From an uncultured Gammaproteobacteria bacterium (GTDB lineage: Bacteria > Patescibacteriota > Patescibacteriia > UBA9934), in contig CAYNYL010000001.1 in NCBI GenBank assembly GCA_964401485.1, positions 67,834 to 131,833 of the forward strand: DNA of 64,000 nucleotides, written 5' to 3'. Both the position numbers and the translations under genes were made by a program. Below are positions 7,333 through 17,722 of this stretch, piece after piece; position 1 is the stretch's first letter, and each line of letters opens with the position of its first letter. Below the pieces are notes generated by a model, which was not told the DNA's origin, did no database searches, and was given only the letters and a program-made list of their open reading frames with translations.

Positions 7333-8730
7333 CTAGTCTTTTGAAATCGAGAGACCGAGCTCGCGAAGTTGCTTTGGTGGAAGTGGCGAAGGAGCATCCA
7401 TAACGGCCGTCTGCGCATTTCCGGTCATCGGGAAGGCCTGCGTTTCGCGAAGGGCCGATTCGCCGGTCATGTTCATCACGTTTCGCTCGACTCCAAGCGC
7501 GATTCCTCCATGTGGTGGCGCACCGTACTCGAACGCGTCGATCATGTGACCCACCGACTCTTGAATCTCTTCGTCCGAGTAGCCCATGTTCTTGTAGGTC
7601 GCGCGAAGAATCTCCGGACGATGGGCGCGGATCGATCCGCCTCCCGCCTCGTACCCGTTACAAACGAGATCGTACTGTGTCGTAAGAATGTTCTCAATAT
7701 TTGTTCCGTTCATGTGGTCGTCGAGGTGCTCCGGCTTTGGCATCGAGAACGGATTGTGCGTAAACGTCCAACCACCTTCATCATTTTTCTCAAAGAATGG
7801 GAAGTCGACAACCCATGCGTACGCAAGCACTCCGTTCGCCTTATCCTCTTCCGTTCGAAGATCGAACTTGTCGGCGCCATACTTCGCCATCGACTCTTGG
7901 TACGTAACGCGCGGGAACGGCTTGTACTTAACGGTGTAGCCAAGCTTTTCGACCGTCTCGATCACCATCCCCTCAACCATATTCATGACATCTTCTTGCG
8001 TCACAAAGCTCATCTCGATATCGATTTGTGTGTGCTCAAATCCGCGGTCCGCGCGTGGATCCTCGTCGCGAAGCGCGCGAGCCGTTTGGAAGTAACGCTC
8101 AAATCCCCCAACCATCAAAAGTTGTTTGTATTGCTGTGGGGACTGTGGAAGTGCAAAGAATTTTCCAGGTTGCAAACGGGAAGGAACAACGAAATCGCGC
8201 GATCCTTCCGGTGTCGCTTTCGAAAGAAGCGGAGTTTCAATTTCGCAAAATTGATTCTTGAAAAGATACTCGCGCGCCCCTTGGATAAAGCTACTCCTAA
8301 GTCGCATGTTGCGCTGGAGACGCTCGGTACGAAGATCAAGATAGCGATACTTAAGTCGTGTCTCTTCATTGATCCCTGCCGTATCCTTGTCGAGCTCAAA
8401 CGGCGGCGTCTTCGCCTCGTTTAACACGGTGATTTTCTTCACCATAAGCTCAACCGTTCCCGACTTCATGTTCGGGTTGACCTGCTTTTCTCCGCGCGCC
8501 TGAACCACGCCCTCAATTTCAACCACCCACTCGCTTCGAAGCGTTCCGGCAACCGCGTCCGCTTCTTCGCCCGACTCGCTTGGAACAACAACGAGCTGGA
8601 GAAGCCCGTCTTTATCGCGAAGGTCGAAAAATTTAACCTTTCCCATGTCTCGGCGAGCGTGAATCCACCCCGCCACTTTTACCGTTTCCCCCACCTTCGT
8701 AACCGTCTCGGACGTCATGATTCTTTGCAT
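7333..8730 (-). CDS. aspS: Aspartate-tRNA ligase, short form without the insertion domain
   Basis: RLKYRYLDLR, LPQSPQQYKQLLM and GAPPHGGIALG motifs; only 465 aa. Confidence 0.93.
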   Translation of the reverse strand: MQRIMTSETVTKVGETVKVAGWIHARRDMGKVKFFDLRDKDGLLQLVVVPSESGEEADAVAGTLRSEWVVEIEGVVQARGEKQVNPNMKSGTVELMVKKITVLNEAKTPPFELDKDTAGINEETRLKYRYLDLRTERLQRNMRLRSSFIQGAREYLFKNQFCEIETPLLSKATPEGSRDFVVPSRLQPGKFFALPQSPQQYKQLLMVGGFERYFQTARALRDEDPRADRGFEHTQIDIEMSFVTQEDVMNMVEGMVIETVEKLGYTVKYKPFPRVTYQESMAKYGADKFDLRTEEDKANGVLAYAWVVDFPFFEKNDEGGWTFTHNPFSMPKPEHLDDHMNGTNIENILTTQYDLVCNGYEAGGGSIRAHRPEILRATYKNMGYSDEEIQESVGHMIDAFEYGAPPHGGIALGVERNVMNMTGESALRETQAFPMTGNAQTAVMDAPSPLPPKQLRELGLSISKD

Positions 8731-8744
8731 AGAATATAGCTACT

Positions 8745-9554
8745 TTACCTAGTTTGCCTTGGAATATCAAGCCCTACGCTCGCAAGAAGCCCCTCCCAAA
8801 AAGGCGCCCGCTCGTAGCCTGGCAAATGGAGCATCATAAGATCATGGACGATTTTTGCGTGTGATTCGATATGCTCTTTTTTAAGGGACGGAAGGAGCGC
8901 ATCCGCAAAACTCTGGTCACGCGAGACCCGAAGAAGCGTAATCACCTCCTCGTCGATACGAGTCGCGGAAAACCATTCCCGCTCGTCCTTTTTCGCACAA
9001 TCCGTACAAATAAGACCTCCTTTTCCGCCATGCCAACGAAACGACAACGGCACAATCTCGTCATGACAAGAAAGGCATTCGCGTAGAGCGACCTCGTATC
9101 CAAGACGCTTCATGAATTTAAGAAGAAACCCCCCGAGAAGATATGTCGCGCGCGTAATCGAGAGCTCGTCTTCTTGATCAAGAAACGATAGCCAATCAAG
9201 AACAAATTGATAGAGCCCCGGATCATGTTCATCTTCGTGCGTATAACGATTCACAAGCGCAAGCGACGCGCCCGCGAGAAGCCGACGCTCAAGCGACCTC
9301 GTAAACGCGCGATAGCGATGGAGCCCATCAACCGCAATAACGGTTGTCGATCGCCGTCCGCGGATCACCTCTAGCGCCACAACACCAAACGGCTCGAGGT
9401 GCGACGCGAGCTTCGCCTGCATCTTCTGCGCCCCGCGCCCCGTTACCCGAATCTTCCCGTAATCTGCTGTAAGAATCGCGTACTGCCTATCCGACTCAAA
9501 CACCGGCGCAACCTGTAGTACAACCCCTTCGGTCTTCAGGCTCGCCCAAGACAT
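8745..9554 (-). CDS. recO: DNA repair protein RecO
   Basis: KTEGVVL...ESDR...LTADYGKI OB fold and CxxC...CxxC zinc finger. Confidence 0.9.
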   Translation of the reverse strand: MSWASLKTEGVVLQVAPVFESDRQYAILTADYGKIRVTGRGAQKMQAKLASHLEPFGVVALEVIRGRRSTTVIAVDGLHRYRAFTRSLERRLLAGASLALVNRYTHEDEHDPGLYQFVLDWLSFLDQEDELSITRATYLLGGFLLKFMKRLGYEVALRECLSCHDEIVPLSFRWHGGKGGLICTDCAKKDEREWFSATRIDEEVITLLRVSRDQSFADALLPSLKKEHIESHAKIVHDLMMLHLPGYERAPFWEGLLASVGLDIPRQTR

Positions 9555-9556
9555 AC

Positions 9557-9943
9557 CTACTCTTTCGAAAAATACTCGTTCAAAATAAACATCGCCGCAA
9601 GCGCATCCTTATCCTCGCGTGTCCCCGTTTCGTTGCGAAGCGCGTGGCTCGCGATCGTCGTGTCGCGCTCATCAACCGTTTCGATCGGCACCCCGATCTT
9701 AAACGTACGAAGTTCTTCGATAAACGCTTCGACGCGCTCCGCCGACTTCCGTTTCTCACCATCCGGCGTATACGGCATCCCAATAATAATTTTCTCGAGC
9801 CCTTCTTTCTCTAAAATCGCTCGGATTCGTCCCCCTGCCCCCTCTCGAGATACAACGTCAAACGGAAACGCAAGCGCCGTTTCGGAATCTCCGATCGCGA
9901 GCCCAATCCGCTTCTCTCCGTAATCGATTCCGAGAATACGCAT
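9557..9943 (-). CDS. ruvX: YqgF/RuvX putative pre-16S rRNA nuclease
   Basis: MRILGIDYGEKRIGLA, VDERDTT and DALAA motifs. Confidence 0.92.
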   Translation of the reverse strand: MRILGIDYGEKRIGLAIGDSETALAFPFDVVSREGAGGRIRAILEKEGLEKIIIGMPYTPDGEKRKSAERVEAFIEELRTFKIGVPIETVDERDTTIASHALRNETGTREDKDALAAMFILNEYFSKE

Positions 9944-9944
9944 A

Positions 9945-10406
9945 CTATTCGGCAGGCTCCGGAATGGTAACCGCCTCTGGAACAAAAACGAATTTTTCCA
10001 TCACCACTTCTTCCGCAACCTTTACCGGGAGATCATCATTTACAACAAACACTCCGTCCCCATTATCAACATGGAGAAGCGCAAGATAGGATGTTCCCGG
10101 GATCATTGTTGTCGTAAGCGGAATCGTCGTCTCGCTCTCTCCCGCGATAATCAACGCCGAAGTTCCGATAATTTCCGCTGGAGCTCCAGAAAGAGATTCG
10201 TGGATCGTTACAAATCCATTTTTTGGAATCGCAACCGTAAGCGGAACTCCTCGCCCATCCTCCGGAAGCTCTCCCACAACAATCGATCCGCTCTCAAGAG
10301 GCACCTGATAATAAGCAAGATCGCTCGCCTCTTTCGAAAGGAAAAAGAAGGCGCCAAGAAGAATGACTATAATACCGACAAGACCAATTTCTAAATACTG
10401 TTTCAT
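9945..10406 (-). CDS. Hypothetical membrane-anchored protein
   Basis: N-terminal TM followed by a beta-rich domain (GFVTIHE...IIGTS...LHVDNGDG). Confidence 0.7.
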   Translation of the reverse strand: MKQYLEIGLVGIIVILLGAFFFLSKEASDLAYYQVPLESGSIVVGELPEDGRGVPLTVAIPKNGFVTIHESLSGAPAEIIGTSALIIAGESETTIPLTTTMIPGTSYLALLHVDNGDGVFVVNDDLPVKVAEEVVMEKFVFVPEAVTIPEPAE

Positions 10407-11185
10407 AGAGTGATCGTAGGTTGTGGAGTGAGAATTTCGGGACCATTTTTCGTAACGGCAATCGTGACCTCAAAATGCGCCGCCATCGATCCATCGATCG
10501 TTGTAATCGTCCAACCGTCTTTCGCCGTTTTCACTTCCTCGCTTCCCCCCGTAACCATCGGCTCAATCGCGAGACACATCCCGTCCTCAAGCACGACTTT
10601 AGGAAATGAACGGCTGCGGAAGTTCGGGACGTTCGGCGCCTCGTGGACTTTGTGCCCAACGCCGTGCCCAACAAGCGCTTTTACAATCCCGTACTTCTCC
10701 GTATCAATCATATCCTCAACCGCTCCCGCAATATCGGCGACCGTATGTCCAAGCGTTGCCGCCTCGACCCCCGCATACATCGCGTCACGCGTGACCCGCA
10801 TGAGCTTAAGCCGATCCTCGCTCACCTTCCCAATCGGAATCGTGACCGCCATATCGGTACAAAGCTCCTTGTACCAACAACCGATATCAAGTCCAACGAT
10901 ATCTCCGTCCTGAAGTGCGATCTCGCGCGTCCCAACGCCGTGCACAACCTCTTCGTTACGCGAAATACAAACCGTCGCCGGAAACGGAATCGCCCCACCC
11001 CCCTTGTATCCAAGAAAGGACGGCGTTCCTCCGCCCGCCTCGATGACCTCGGTTGCAATCCGATCAAGCTCCCGCATTGTCACGCCCGGTCGCGCCGCGT
11101 CTACCGCCGCCTGAAGCGCCCGAGAAAGCAGCGCCCCGCCCTCTCGCATCGCTTGAATTTCCTCCTGTGTTTTAATCATTGCCAT
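10403..11185 (-). CDS. map: Methionine aminopeptidase type I
   Basis: SRNEEVVHG, GHGVG.KVHEAP, AIEPM and AAHFE motifs. Confidence 0.96.
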   Translation of the reverse strand: MAMIKTQEEIQAMREGGALLSRALQAAVDAARPGVTMRELDRIATEVIEAGGGTPSFLGYKGGGAIPFPATVCISRNEEVVHGVGTREIALQDGDIVGLDIGCWYKELCTDMAVTIPIGKVSEDRLKLMRVTRDAMYAGVEAATLGHTVADIAGAVEDMIDTEKYGIVKALVGHGVGHKVHEAPNVPNFRSRSFPKVVLEDGMCLAIEPMVTGGSEEVKTAKDGWTITTIDGSMAAHFEVTIAVTKNGPEILTPQPTITL

Positions 11186-11196
11186 ACGCGCGTTAA

Positions 11197-11751
11197 TTAT
11201 CGATCTCGAACCGTCGCCTTCATCCGCTCGGCCACTTCTTCGATCGTTCCCATCCCATCCACAAAACTCACGAGTCCTTTCGCTCCGTATCCTTCAATAA
11301 TCGGAAGTGTCTCGCGCTCGTATATTTCAAGTCGTCGTCTAAGTCCTTCCTCGGTATCATCCGCTCGCCCTTCCTTGATCGCGCGCGAGGCAATTCGTCG
11401 AAGCGTCTCTTCACGCGGAATAACAAGAACGATCACCTGCGTTGGCGTGTCATACTTTTCATAAAGAGCGCGCTGCAAATCGTTACGCGGATACCCATCA
11501 ATAATATATCCATTTTTCGCATCGTCTTGCGCCACCCGTTTCTTCATCAAGGTCAACGCAATTTCATCTGAAATAAGCTCGCCCGCTTTTAAGATATGAT
11601 CAATCTTCTCTCCAATCTCCGACTTTTCCGCTACTTCAGCGCGACACAAATCCCCCATGGAAAATGCTGGTACACCGAGTTCCTTGCTCAAAAGTTTCGC
11701 CTGTGTCCCCTTACCGCTTCCCTGTGGTCCTAAAATCAAAATTTTATACAT
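11197..11751 (-). CDS. adk: Adenylate kinase, short LID form
   Basis: GPQGSGKGTQA, IDGYPR and RADD motifs. Confidence 0.93.
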   Translation of the reverse strand: MYKILILGPQGSGKGTQAKLLSKELGVPAFSMGDLCRAEVAEKSEIGEKIDHILKAGELISDEIALTLMKKRVAQDDAKNGYIIDGYPRNDLQRALYEKYDTPTQVIVLVIPREETLRRIASRAIKEGRADDTEEGLRRRLEIYERETLPIIEGYGAKGLVSFVDGMGTIEEVAERMKATVRDR

Positions 11752-11783
11752 AGTGCTAAAGTAGCTTATCAAATCCCGAACAA

Positions 11784-11815
11784 AAAACCAGCCCCTTTCG
11801 GGACCGGCTTTTTTT
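11784..11815 (-). terminator. Terminator-like hairpin after secY
   Basis: GC hairpin flanked by A and T tracts. Confidence 0.55.
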
Positions 11816-13064
11816 ATTTCATTTCGTAACGTCTCATGGCAATTTGAGACTCCACCTGCTTAATCATGTCGATTACAACCGAGACCATGATAAGGATCGA
11901 GGATCCACCAACCACCAAGTTCTGCGTTCCGGTAACCTCTTGAACAATGAGCGGAAGAACTGCGATAGCCCCGAGGAAGGTCGCCCCCGTAAGAAGAAGA
12001 CGATTCTGAACCCAGGAAAGATAGCTTCGCGTCTGCTCGCCCGGTCGAATTCCAGGAATGAACGCTCCTTGTTTCTGCAAATTCTCCGAAATCTGCTCCG
12101 GCTTGAAAACAACCGATGAGTAGAAATACGTGAAGATGAAGACAAGCAAGAAGTAGGCAATCCCGTAAAATACGCTATTTCCAAAGAGTTGGAGAATGAA
12201 CGTGGAAATCGACTGGACCGCTTCCGTTCGTGCTCCCGCAAGGAATTGCGCAATGATTGGAGGGAAAATAAGGACTGCAATCGCGAAAATGATCGGGATC
12301 ATTCCCCCCATATTGATTCGCATTGGAAGCTTCGACATCGATCCCCCGCCACCTCGAGCGTACTGAATCGGAATATTGCGTTGCCCCTCGTTAATAAGGA
12401 CTACCGCGATAATGGTAACGACCGTAAGCGCTGCGAACAACACAATGTCGAATAGATCAGATTTCGTATAGGTCGCCGCTGTTTGTGAAATAAACTGCGG
12501 GAACCCTGCGATAATTCCTCCCAAGATAACGAGCGAAAGTCCGTTTCCGATATGACGCTCGGAGATAAGTTCTCCAAGCCACATAAGAAAGACGGTACCC
12601 GCCGCCATCGACAAAAGCGCAAAGAACAGGTTAAGAGGCGACAAATCGATTCCCGTTACACCTTGTTGCGCAAAGATATTAAGGATTCCATATCCTTGAA
12701 GGAAGGCGAGCGGAACAACCGCAACACGCGTCCATCGATTAATCGTTTGCTTTCCACGCTCTTCTTTTTGCATCTCTTCAATCTTTGGGAAAATCATCCC
12801 AAGAAGTTGCGAGATAATTGAAGCGGTAATGTACGGTCCAACACCAAGAGCAACGATCGAAAAACTTTCGAGCGTCCCTCCCGAGAAGAGGTTTAAGAGG
12901 CCTAGAAATTGGTTGCTTTGTAAAAGCGCACCAACTCCACTCGCATCAATACCTGGAACCGTAATGTGGGCCGCGAGTCGGAACACGATAAACACGAAGA
13001 AGACGAATAGAATGCTGTTACGCAATTCTTTAATCTTCCAAACTCTCTTCACATCTTCCCACAT
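11814..13064 (-). CDS. secY: Preprotein translocase SecY
   Basis: ALGVGPYITASII, WLGELISE.HIGNG.S and FIPGIRPG motifs. Confidence 0.97.
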   Translation of the reverse strand: MWEDVKRVWKIKELRNSILFVFFVFIVFRLAAHITVPGIDASGVGALLQSNQFLGLLNLFSGGTLESFSIVALGVGPYITASIISQLLGMIFPKIEEMQKEERGKQTINRWTRVAVVPLAFLQGYGILNIFAQQGVTGIDLSPLNLFFALLSMAAGTVFLMWLGELISERHIGNGLSLVILGGIIAGFPQFISQTAATYTKSDLFDIVLFAALTVVTIIAVVLINEGQRNIPIQYARGGGGSMSKLPMRINMGGMIPIIFAIAVLIFPPIIAQFLAGARTEAVQSISTFILQLFGNSVFYGIAYFLLVFIFTYFYSSVVFKPEQISENLQKQGAFIPGIRPGEQTRSYLSWVQNRLLLTGATFLGAIAVLPLIVQEVTGTQNLVVGGSSILIMVSVVIDMIKQVESQIAMRRYEMK

Positions 13065-13075
13065 AGAAATAACGT

Positions 13076-13507
13076 TTAGGAAATAGATCCACCAGCAGCC
13101 GTAATCGCTTTCTTTGCCGCGTCAGACGCGAGGCATCCGCTAACGGAAACAGCGATTGTAAGCGCCCCCTTCGAAAGAATCTTGACCGGTCGGCGCGTTG
13201 TCTTGATAAGCCCCTTCTTAAGAAGAGTCTTAGGAGAAACAGGCGCGTTCGTTCCAAAATGCTTTTCAATGTCCGCGAGGTTAATCGCTTGCGCTTGTGG
13301 CGCTTGCGAGATAAATCCGCGAAGCTTTGGCGTCGAGAGAAGGAGTTTTCGCATTCCGAGTTTCTTAAGTCCCGAAACTCCGGATCGCGATTTTTGTCCC
13401 TTTTGTCCACGTCCAGCCGTCGTTCCCTTTCCGGATCCGTGTCCTCGTCCAACGCGCTTGAATTTCTTCTTTGCGCTTGGTTTTAAATTGTGTAGTGAGA
13501 TAGCCAT
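13076..13507 (-). CDS. rplO: 50S ribosomal protein L15
   Basis: RVGRGHGSGKG.TAGRGQKGQKSR. Confidence 0.96.
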   Translation of the reverse strand: MAISLHNLKPSAKKKFKRVGRGHGSGKGTTAGRGQKGQKSRSGVSGLKKLGMRKLLLSTPKLRGFISQAPQAQAINLADIEKHFGTNAPVSPKTLLKKGLIKTTRRPVKILSKGALTIAVSVSGCLASDAAKKAITAAGGSIS

Positions 13508-13508
13508 A

Positions 13509-14093
13509 TTATTTAGCTACAACGGCTTTTTTAGCAGGTTGCTTTCGCGCCTGTGTCGCCGCCTTTTGCTCAGGAGAGATCTTCATAAGCTCGAGCGCCT
13601 TGAATGTTGCTCGCGCGTTGTTGATCTTGTTTGACGATCCAAGAAGCTTTGATACGGCGTTTGGAACTCCAGCGAGTTCAAGAACAACACGTACCGGACC
13701 TCCGGACTTAAGTCCCGTTCCTTTTGGAGCAGGCATAAGCATGATTTTTGCAGCACCGTACTTAAGCGAAACATTGTGTGGCAAAGTCTCGTTTACGATT
13801 GGAACCTCAATCAAGTGCTTTTTTGCTTGTCGGAATGCTTTTTCAACCGCGATAGCGACGTCGGCACCCTTTGCAATACCGATACCAACGCGACCCTTCT
13901 TGTCTCCAATAATGAGACACGTTCGGAATCGCATACGCTTTCCTCCCTTCGTTACACGCGTAACGCGTGCAAGTTCGAGAATGCGTTGATCGAATTCCTT
14001 TGGCTCTTGTTGTTCACGTCGTCCGCCACGTCGTGCGTTTCGGATTTGACCCTTACCACCGCCTTGTCGTTGTCGATTATCTTGTTCTTGCAT
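13509..14093 (-). CDS. rpsE: 30S ribosomal protein S5
   Basis: RVTRVTKGGKRMRF and PAPKGTG motifs. Confidence 0.96.
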   Translation of the reverse strand: MQEQDNRQRQGGGKGQIRNARRGGRREQQEPKEFDQRILELARVTRVTKGGKRMRFRTCLIIGDKKGRVGIGIAKGADVAIAVEKAFRQAKKHLIEVPIVNETLPHNVSLKYGAAKIMLMPAPKGTGLKSGGPVRVVLELAGVPNAVSKLLGSSNKINNARATFKALELMKISPEQKAATQARKQPAKKAVVAK

Positions 14094-14097
14094 ATTC

Positions 14098-14460
14098 CTA
14101 GAATTGAAGTCCTTGTTCGCGAGCCGCTTCCGCAAGCGCCTTTACGCGACCATGATATTTATAACGACCTCGGTCAAAGACGATTTCAGTAATTCCCGCT
14201 GCAACAGCACGCTTTCCAAGCTCAGCTCCAACAAGCTTTGCAAGCTCCATTGGCTTTACTCCTTTGCGCTCAAGCTTAAGATCTGACGCTGATGCAACCG
14301 TCTTGCGCGCCTTATCGTCGATCACCTGCGCCGAAATGTGCTTTGCCGATCGGAATACGGAAAGGCGTGGGCGATTTGATGTCTGTGCAATCACCGTTCG
14401 AACGCGGTGTGCGCGTCGAACTTGGCGTTGCTTTTTCATTTTTGAGATATGGTTTGACAT
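14098..14460 (-). CDS. rplR: 50S ribosomal protein L18
   Basis: [18 protein letters not shown] and [12 protein letters not shown]. Confidence 0.96.
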   Translation of the reverse strand: MSNHISKMKKQRQVRRAHRVRTVIAQTSNRPRLSVFRSAKHISAQVIDDKARKTVASASDLKLERKGVKPMELAKLVGAELGKRAVAAGITEIVFDRGRYKYHGRVKALAEAAREQGLQF

Positions 14461-14465
14461 AGTGT

Positions 14466-15014
14466 TTATTCACCTTTGGCCGCCTTACCTACCTTACGCT
14501 TAATCACCTCATCATTATACTTGAAGCCCTTTCCCTTGTACGGTTCCGGCTTCTTCATCGCTCGGATTTCCGAAGCGACTTTTCCAACGAGGTCTCGGTC
14601 GATTCCTTCAAGCGTAAGCGCGTTCGCCTCGATTGTTCCCTTGATCCCCTTTGGAAGGGTGTAAAGAGATTCGTGCGAGAATCCAAGTTGCATCTTCAAG
14701 GTTTCCCCCGCGACTTGCATCTTGTATCCTACTCCGTTGAGTTCAAGAATTTTCTTCCAGCCGGTTGTAACTCCGCGAACCATGTTCAAAATATGAGCAC
14801 GTGCGGTTCCCCAAACGGCGGTTCCATTTGATGTATCCTCCATCGTTACATCGATAAACGAAGCACCGCTCTCTTCGCGAAGCGAAACAACAAGTTTCTC
14901 GTCAACAGCACGAGTAAGCTCGCCCTTTGGACCCGTAATCGTAACTACATGATCCTTGAACGTCATCGTCACTCCCGAAGGAAGTGGGACGGATTTTTTT
15001 CCAATGCGTGACAT
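14466..15014 (-). CDS. rplF: 50S ribosomal protein L6
   Basis: MSRIGKK and PEPYKGKG. Confidence 0.96.
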   Translation of the reverse strand: MSRIGKKSVPLPSGVTMTFKDHVVTITGPKGELTRAVDEKLVVSLREESGASFIDVTMEDTSNGTAVWGTARAHILNMVRGVTTGWKKILELNGVGYKMQVAGETLKMQLGFSHESLYTLPKGIKGTIEANALTLEGIDRDLVGKVASEIRAMKKPEPYKGKGFKYNDEVIKRKVGKAAKGE

Positions 15015-15015
15015 A

Positions 15016-15411
15016 CTAGAATACTTCGCAAATAATTTCTCCCCCGAGGTGACGCTTTCGCGCTTCATTTGAAGACATCATGCCGTTTGGTGTTGAAACG
15101 ATCGCAAACCCTTGTCCAAAACGGACTCGAGGAAGCTCGTCAGCCTTCGCGTAAACGCGTCGTCCCGGCTTACTTACACGATTGATTTCGGAAATCGCGT
15201 TTGTTTTTGGATCAACATACTTAAGCACAATCTTCAGTGTTGGCTTTAATGCCTTTTCAAGAATCTCTGCATGCTCTACAAACCCTTCTTTTTCAAGAAT
15301 TTTTGCAATGGCAAACTTGGACCGTGAAGACGGCATTTCGACGTTCGCCTTTCGCGCGAGGACCGCGTTTCGGATGCGACTCAACATGTCGGAAATTGGA
15401 TCTGTCATCAT
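15016..15411 (-). CDS. rpsH: 30S ribosomal protein S8
   Basis: TDPISDMLSRIRNA and SKPGRRVY. Confidence 0.96.
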   Translation of the reverse strand: MMTDPISDMLSRIRNAVLARKANVEMPSSRSKFAIAKILEKEGFVEHAEILEKALKPTLKIVLKYVDPKTNAISEINRVSKPGRRVYAKADELPRVRFGQGFAIVSTPNGMMSSNEARKRHLGGEIICEVF

Positions 15412-15416
15412 AGGAT

Positions 15417-15602
15417 TTACCAGCTTGCTTTTTTAATGCCCGGGATTTCTCCGGTGTTTGCGAGTTCTCTAAAGCAGATACGGCAAAGGCCGAATTCGCG
15501 CATGAACGCACGTGGGCGTCCGCACTTCCAGCATCGATTGACGCGACGCGTCATGTACTTCGGCTGCTTCTTTGATTTTGCAATATGATTTTGTGAAGCC
15601 AT
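15417..15602 (-). CDS. rpsN: 30S ribosomal protein S14, zinc-binding short type
   Basis: [10 protein letters not shown]...[10 protein letters not shown]. Confidence 0.95.
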   Translation of the reverse strand: MASQNHIAKSKKQPKYMTRRVNRCWKCGRPRAFMREFGLCRICFRELANTGEIPGIKKASW

Positions 15603-15603
15603 A

Positions 15604-16149
15604 TTATGCGTCTGCTTTTTTAAATGGGAACCCGAGAGCCTTGAAGAGAGCCATTCCCTCTTCGTGTGTTCGTGCCGTTGTCGTGATTACAACCTGCAAT
15701 CCGTGGATTTGCTCGATTGCATCCGCGTCTACTTCCGGAAAGGCCAAGTGCTCCTTGAATCCGTAGTTGAAGTTTCCGTACGAATCAACGCTTGATTCTC
15801 CGATTCCTCGGAAATCTCGGATACGTGGGAAGGTGAGCGATACGAGCTTCTCAAGGAAGTTCCACATGCGCTCTCCACGAAGCGTCGCAACGACTCCGAT
15901 CGATTGTCCTTGTCGGATCTTGAATCCCGCCTCAGACTTTCGTGCTTTTGTAATTACTGGCTTTTGACCTGTAATCGCCGTCACTGTCTCTTGAAGGACC
16001 TCGATAAACTTCGAGTCTCGCTTCGAGTTAAGACCGCTGTTTACTGTGATCTTGAGAATCTTTGGAATGTCCATGTTATTCTTTCGACCAAGCTCCGTCT
16101 TAAGCATCGGGGCGATCTCTTTCTTAAATTGTTCTTTGAGCGTAGACAT
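15604..16149 (-). CDS. rplE: 50S ribosomal protein L5
   Basis: [20 protein letters not shown] and PRIRDFRG. Confidence 0.96.
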   Translation of the reverse strand: MSTLKEQFKKEIAPMLKTELGRKNNMDIPKILKITVNSGLNSKRDSKFIEVLQETVTAITGQKPVITKARKSEAGFKIRQGQSIGVVATLRGERMWNFLEKLVSLTFPRIRDFRGIGESSVDSYGNFNYGFKEHLAFPEVDADAIEQIHGLQVVITTTARTHEEGMALFKALGFPFKKADA

Positions 16150-16150
16150 A

Positions 16151-16468
16151 TTATTCGAGATCTTCTTGTCCTTTCTTCGTTCGCAAGATTCGGACCTTTG
16201 TTGTTTTAGTATCTTGCTTCAAGAGCTTGTAACCGACGCGACCTTCTCCTGTTTTTCCTACGACACGGACGTTTGAAAGATGAAGTGGCGCATTGAACGA
16301 AACGCGTTGTCCCGGTTGGTTACCGCGCTTCTTTACATGCTTAACCGATGGGTTTACGCCTTCGACAACAACCTTTTCGATCGATGCCAAAACCTGAACC
16401 ACTTTTCCGGTTTTTCCCTTGTTCTTTCCCGCGATAACGCGGACCATGTCTCCAGTTTTAATCTTCAT
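16151..16468 (-). CDS. rplX: 50S ribosomal protein L24
   Basis: KOW motif KTGD.VRVIAGKNKGKTGKV. Confidence 0.96.
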   Translation of the reverse strand: MKIKTGDMVRVIAGKNKGKTGKVVQVLASIEKVVVEGVNPSVKHVKKRGNQPGQRVSFNAPLHLSNVRVVGKTGEGRVGYKLLKQDTKTTKVRILRTKKGQEDLE

Positions 16469-16473
16469 ATCGT

Positions 16474-16845
16474 TTAAAGCACTTCAGGAGCCAAGGAGAT
16501 GATCTTTGTGAATCCCGCTTGTCGAAGTTCTCGAGCAACCGGTCCAAAGATACGTGTTCCTTTTGGTTCTTTGTTGTCTTTGTTGATGATCACAGCGGCG
16601 TTTTCGTCGAAACGAATGTAGGAACCGTCCGATCGTCGTACTTCCTTTCGGGTACGAACAAGAACAGCGTGTACAACGTCACTCTTTTTCGTCGCGTTGT
16701 GAGGCGCGGCAACTTTTACAACGCCCGTGAAGACGTCTCCAAGTCGTGCATAGCGCTTTTTATATCCGCCGAGAACACGAATAACCTGCAAGCGCTTCGC
16801 TCCGGTATTATCCGCTACCTCGACCATGCTTCGATGTTGCAACAT
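16474..16845 (-). CDS. rplN: 50S ribosomal protein L14
   Basis: [20 protein letters not shown] and SLAPEVL. Confidence 0.97.
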   Translation of the reverse strand: MLQHRSMVEVADNTGAKRLQVIRVLGGYKKRYARLGDVFTGVVKVAAPHNATKKSDVVHAVLVRTRKEVRRSDGSYIRFDENAAVIINKDNKEPKGTRIFGPVARELRQAGFTKIISLAPEVL

Positions 16846-16846
16846 A

Positions 16847-17101
16847 TTAGGCGTTCTTATTTACAACGCGCCATCGCTTATCCTTAGAGATTGGGCGTGT
16901 TTCTTCGATCGTAACTTCATCTCCAATATGATACGCATTCTCTTCATCATGCGCCTTGAATTTCTTGCTGACCGTGTAGCGCTTCAAATACTTGGAGTGC
17001 ATAACCGTTCGGTCAACCTGAACAACAACGGTCTTGTTCATCTTGTCAGAGACGACCGTTCCGATTAATCGGCGCTTGGTTGTGTTCGTTGTCGTTGTCA
17101 T
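16847..17101 (-). CDS. rpsQ: 30S ribosomal protein S17
   Basis: [14 protein letters not shown] and [11 protein letters not shown]. Confidence 0.96.
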   Translation of the reverse strand: MTTTTNTTKRRLIGTVVSDKMNKTVVVQVDRTVMHSKYLKRYTVSKKFKAHDEENAYHIGDEVTIEETRPISKDKRWRVVNKNA

Positions 17102-17102
17102 A

Positions 17103-17297
17103 TTAGTTCGCATTCTTTAACTCCGCGAGGCGGGTTAATACGCGTGCGATTGCGCGTTTCGTTTCCTTGATTTGGTGATACTTTCGAAGTTGGTTCACCG
17201 ATGTTTGCATTTTGAGACCGTAGAGCGTCCCGCGGAGTGTTCCCAACTCTTTTTGCAAATCTTCGAGCGTGAGGCCGCTGATTTTCTTGTAGTCCAT
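17103..17297 (-). CDS. rpmC: 50S ribosomal protein L29
   Basis: Operon position and KRAIARVLT motif. Confidence 0.9.
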   Translation of the reverse strand: MDYKKISGLTLEDLQKELGTLRGTLYGLKMQTSVNQLRKYHQIKETKRAIARVLTRLAELKNAN

Positions 17298-17298
17298 A

Positions 17299-17712
17299 TT
17301 ATGCTCGGGTTACAACTTTCGTTTTCATTGGAAGCTTGTGGGACGCGAGTCGGAGCGCTTCTTGCGCTTGCTCGAACGTCACACCATCCATTTCGAACAT
17401 GACCGTTCCCGCTCGTACCGGCGTCATGTAGTAATCGACGCCTCCCTTTCCTTTACCCATCGGCGTTTCCGCTCCGTGGTTTGTGACTGGGTGATCCGGG
17501 AAGATTCGGATCCAGATTTTTCCTCCTCGCTTGATGTAGCGCGTCATTGCACGTCGCGCCGCCTCAATTTGTCGAGCCGTGACCCAAGCCTCCGTCATCG
17601 CTTTAAGTCCGAAGACTCCAAACGCTACGGTTGTTTTTGACGTCGCAACGCGATCGCCAGCCGTTCGTCGCTTGTGTTGTTTTCGGAATTTTAATTTCTT
17701 TGGCATTAACAT
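17299..17712 (-). CDS. rplP: 50S ribosomal protein L16
   Basis: MLMPKK.KFRKQH, QIEAARRA and MGKGKG. Confidence 0.97.
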   Translation of the reverse strand: MLMPKKLKFRKQHKRRTAGDRVATSKTTVAFGVFGLKAMTEAWVTARQIEAARRAMTRYIKRGGKIWIRIFPDHPVTNHGAETPMGKGKGGVDYYMTPVRAGTVMFEMDGVTFEQAQEALRLASHKLPMKTKVVTRA

Positions 17713-17722
17713 ACGACTCTAA

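Noticed and set aside
7369-8424. Long antisense ORFs opposite aspS, and similar ones opposite tuf, murA, proS and 29652-31073
   Set aside because: Shadow frames of real genes; no motifs or expression signals.
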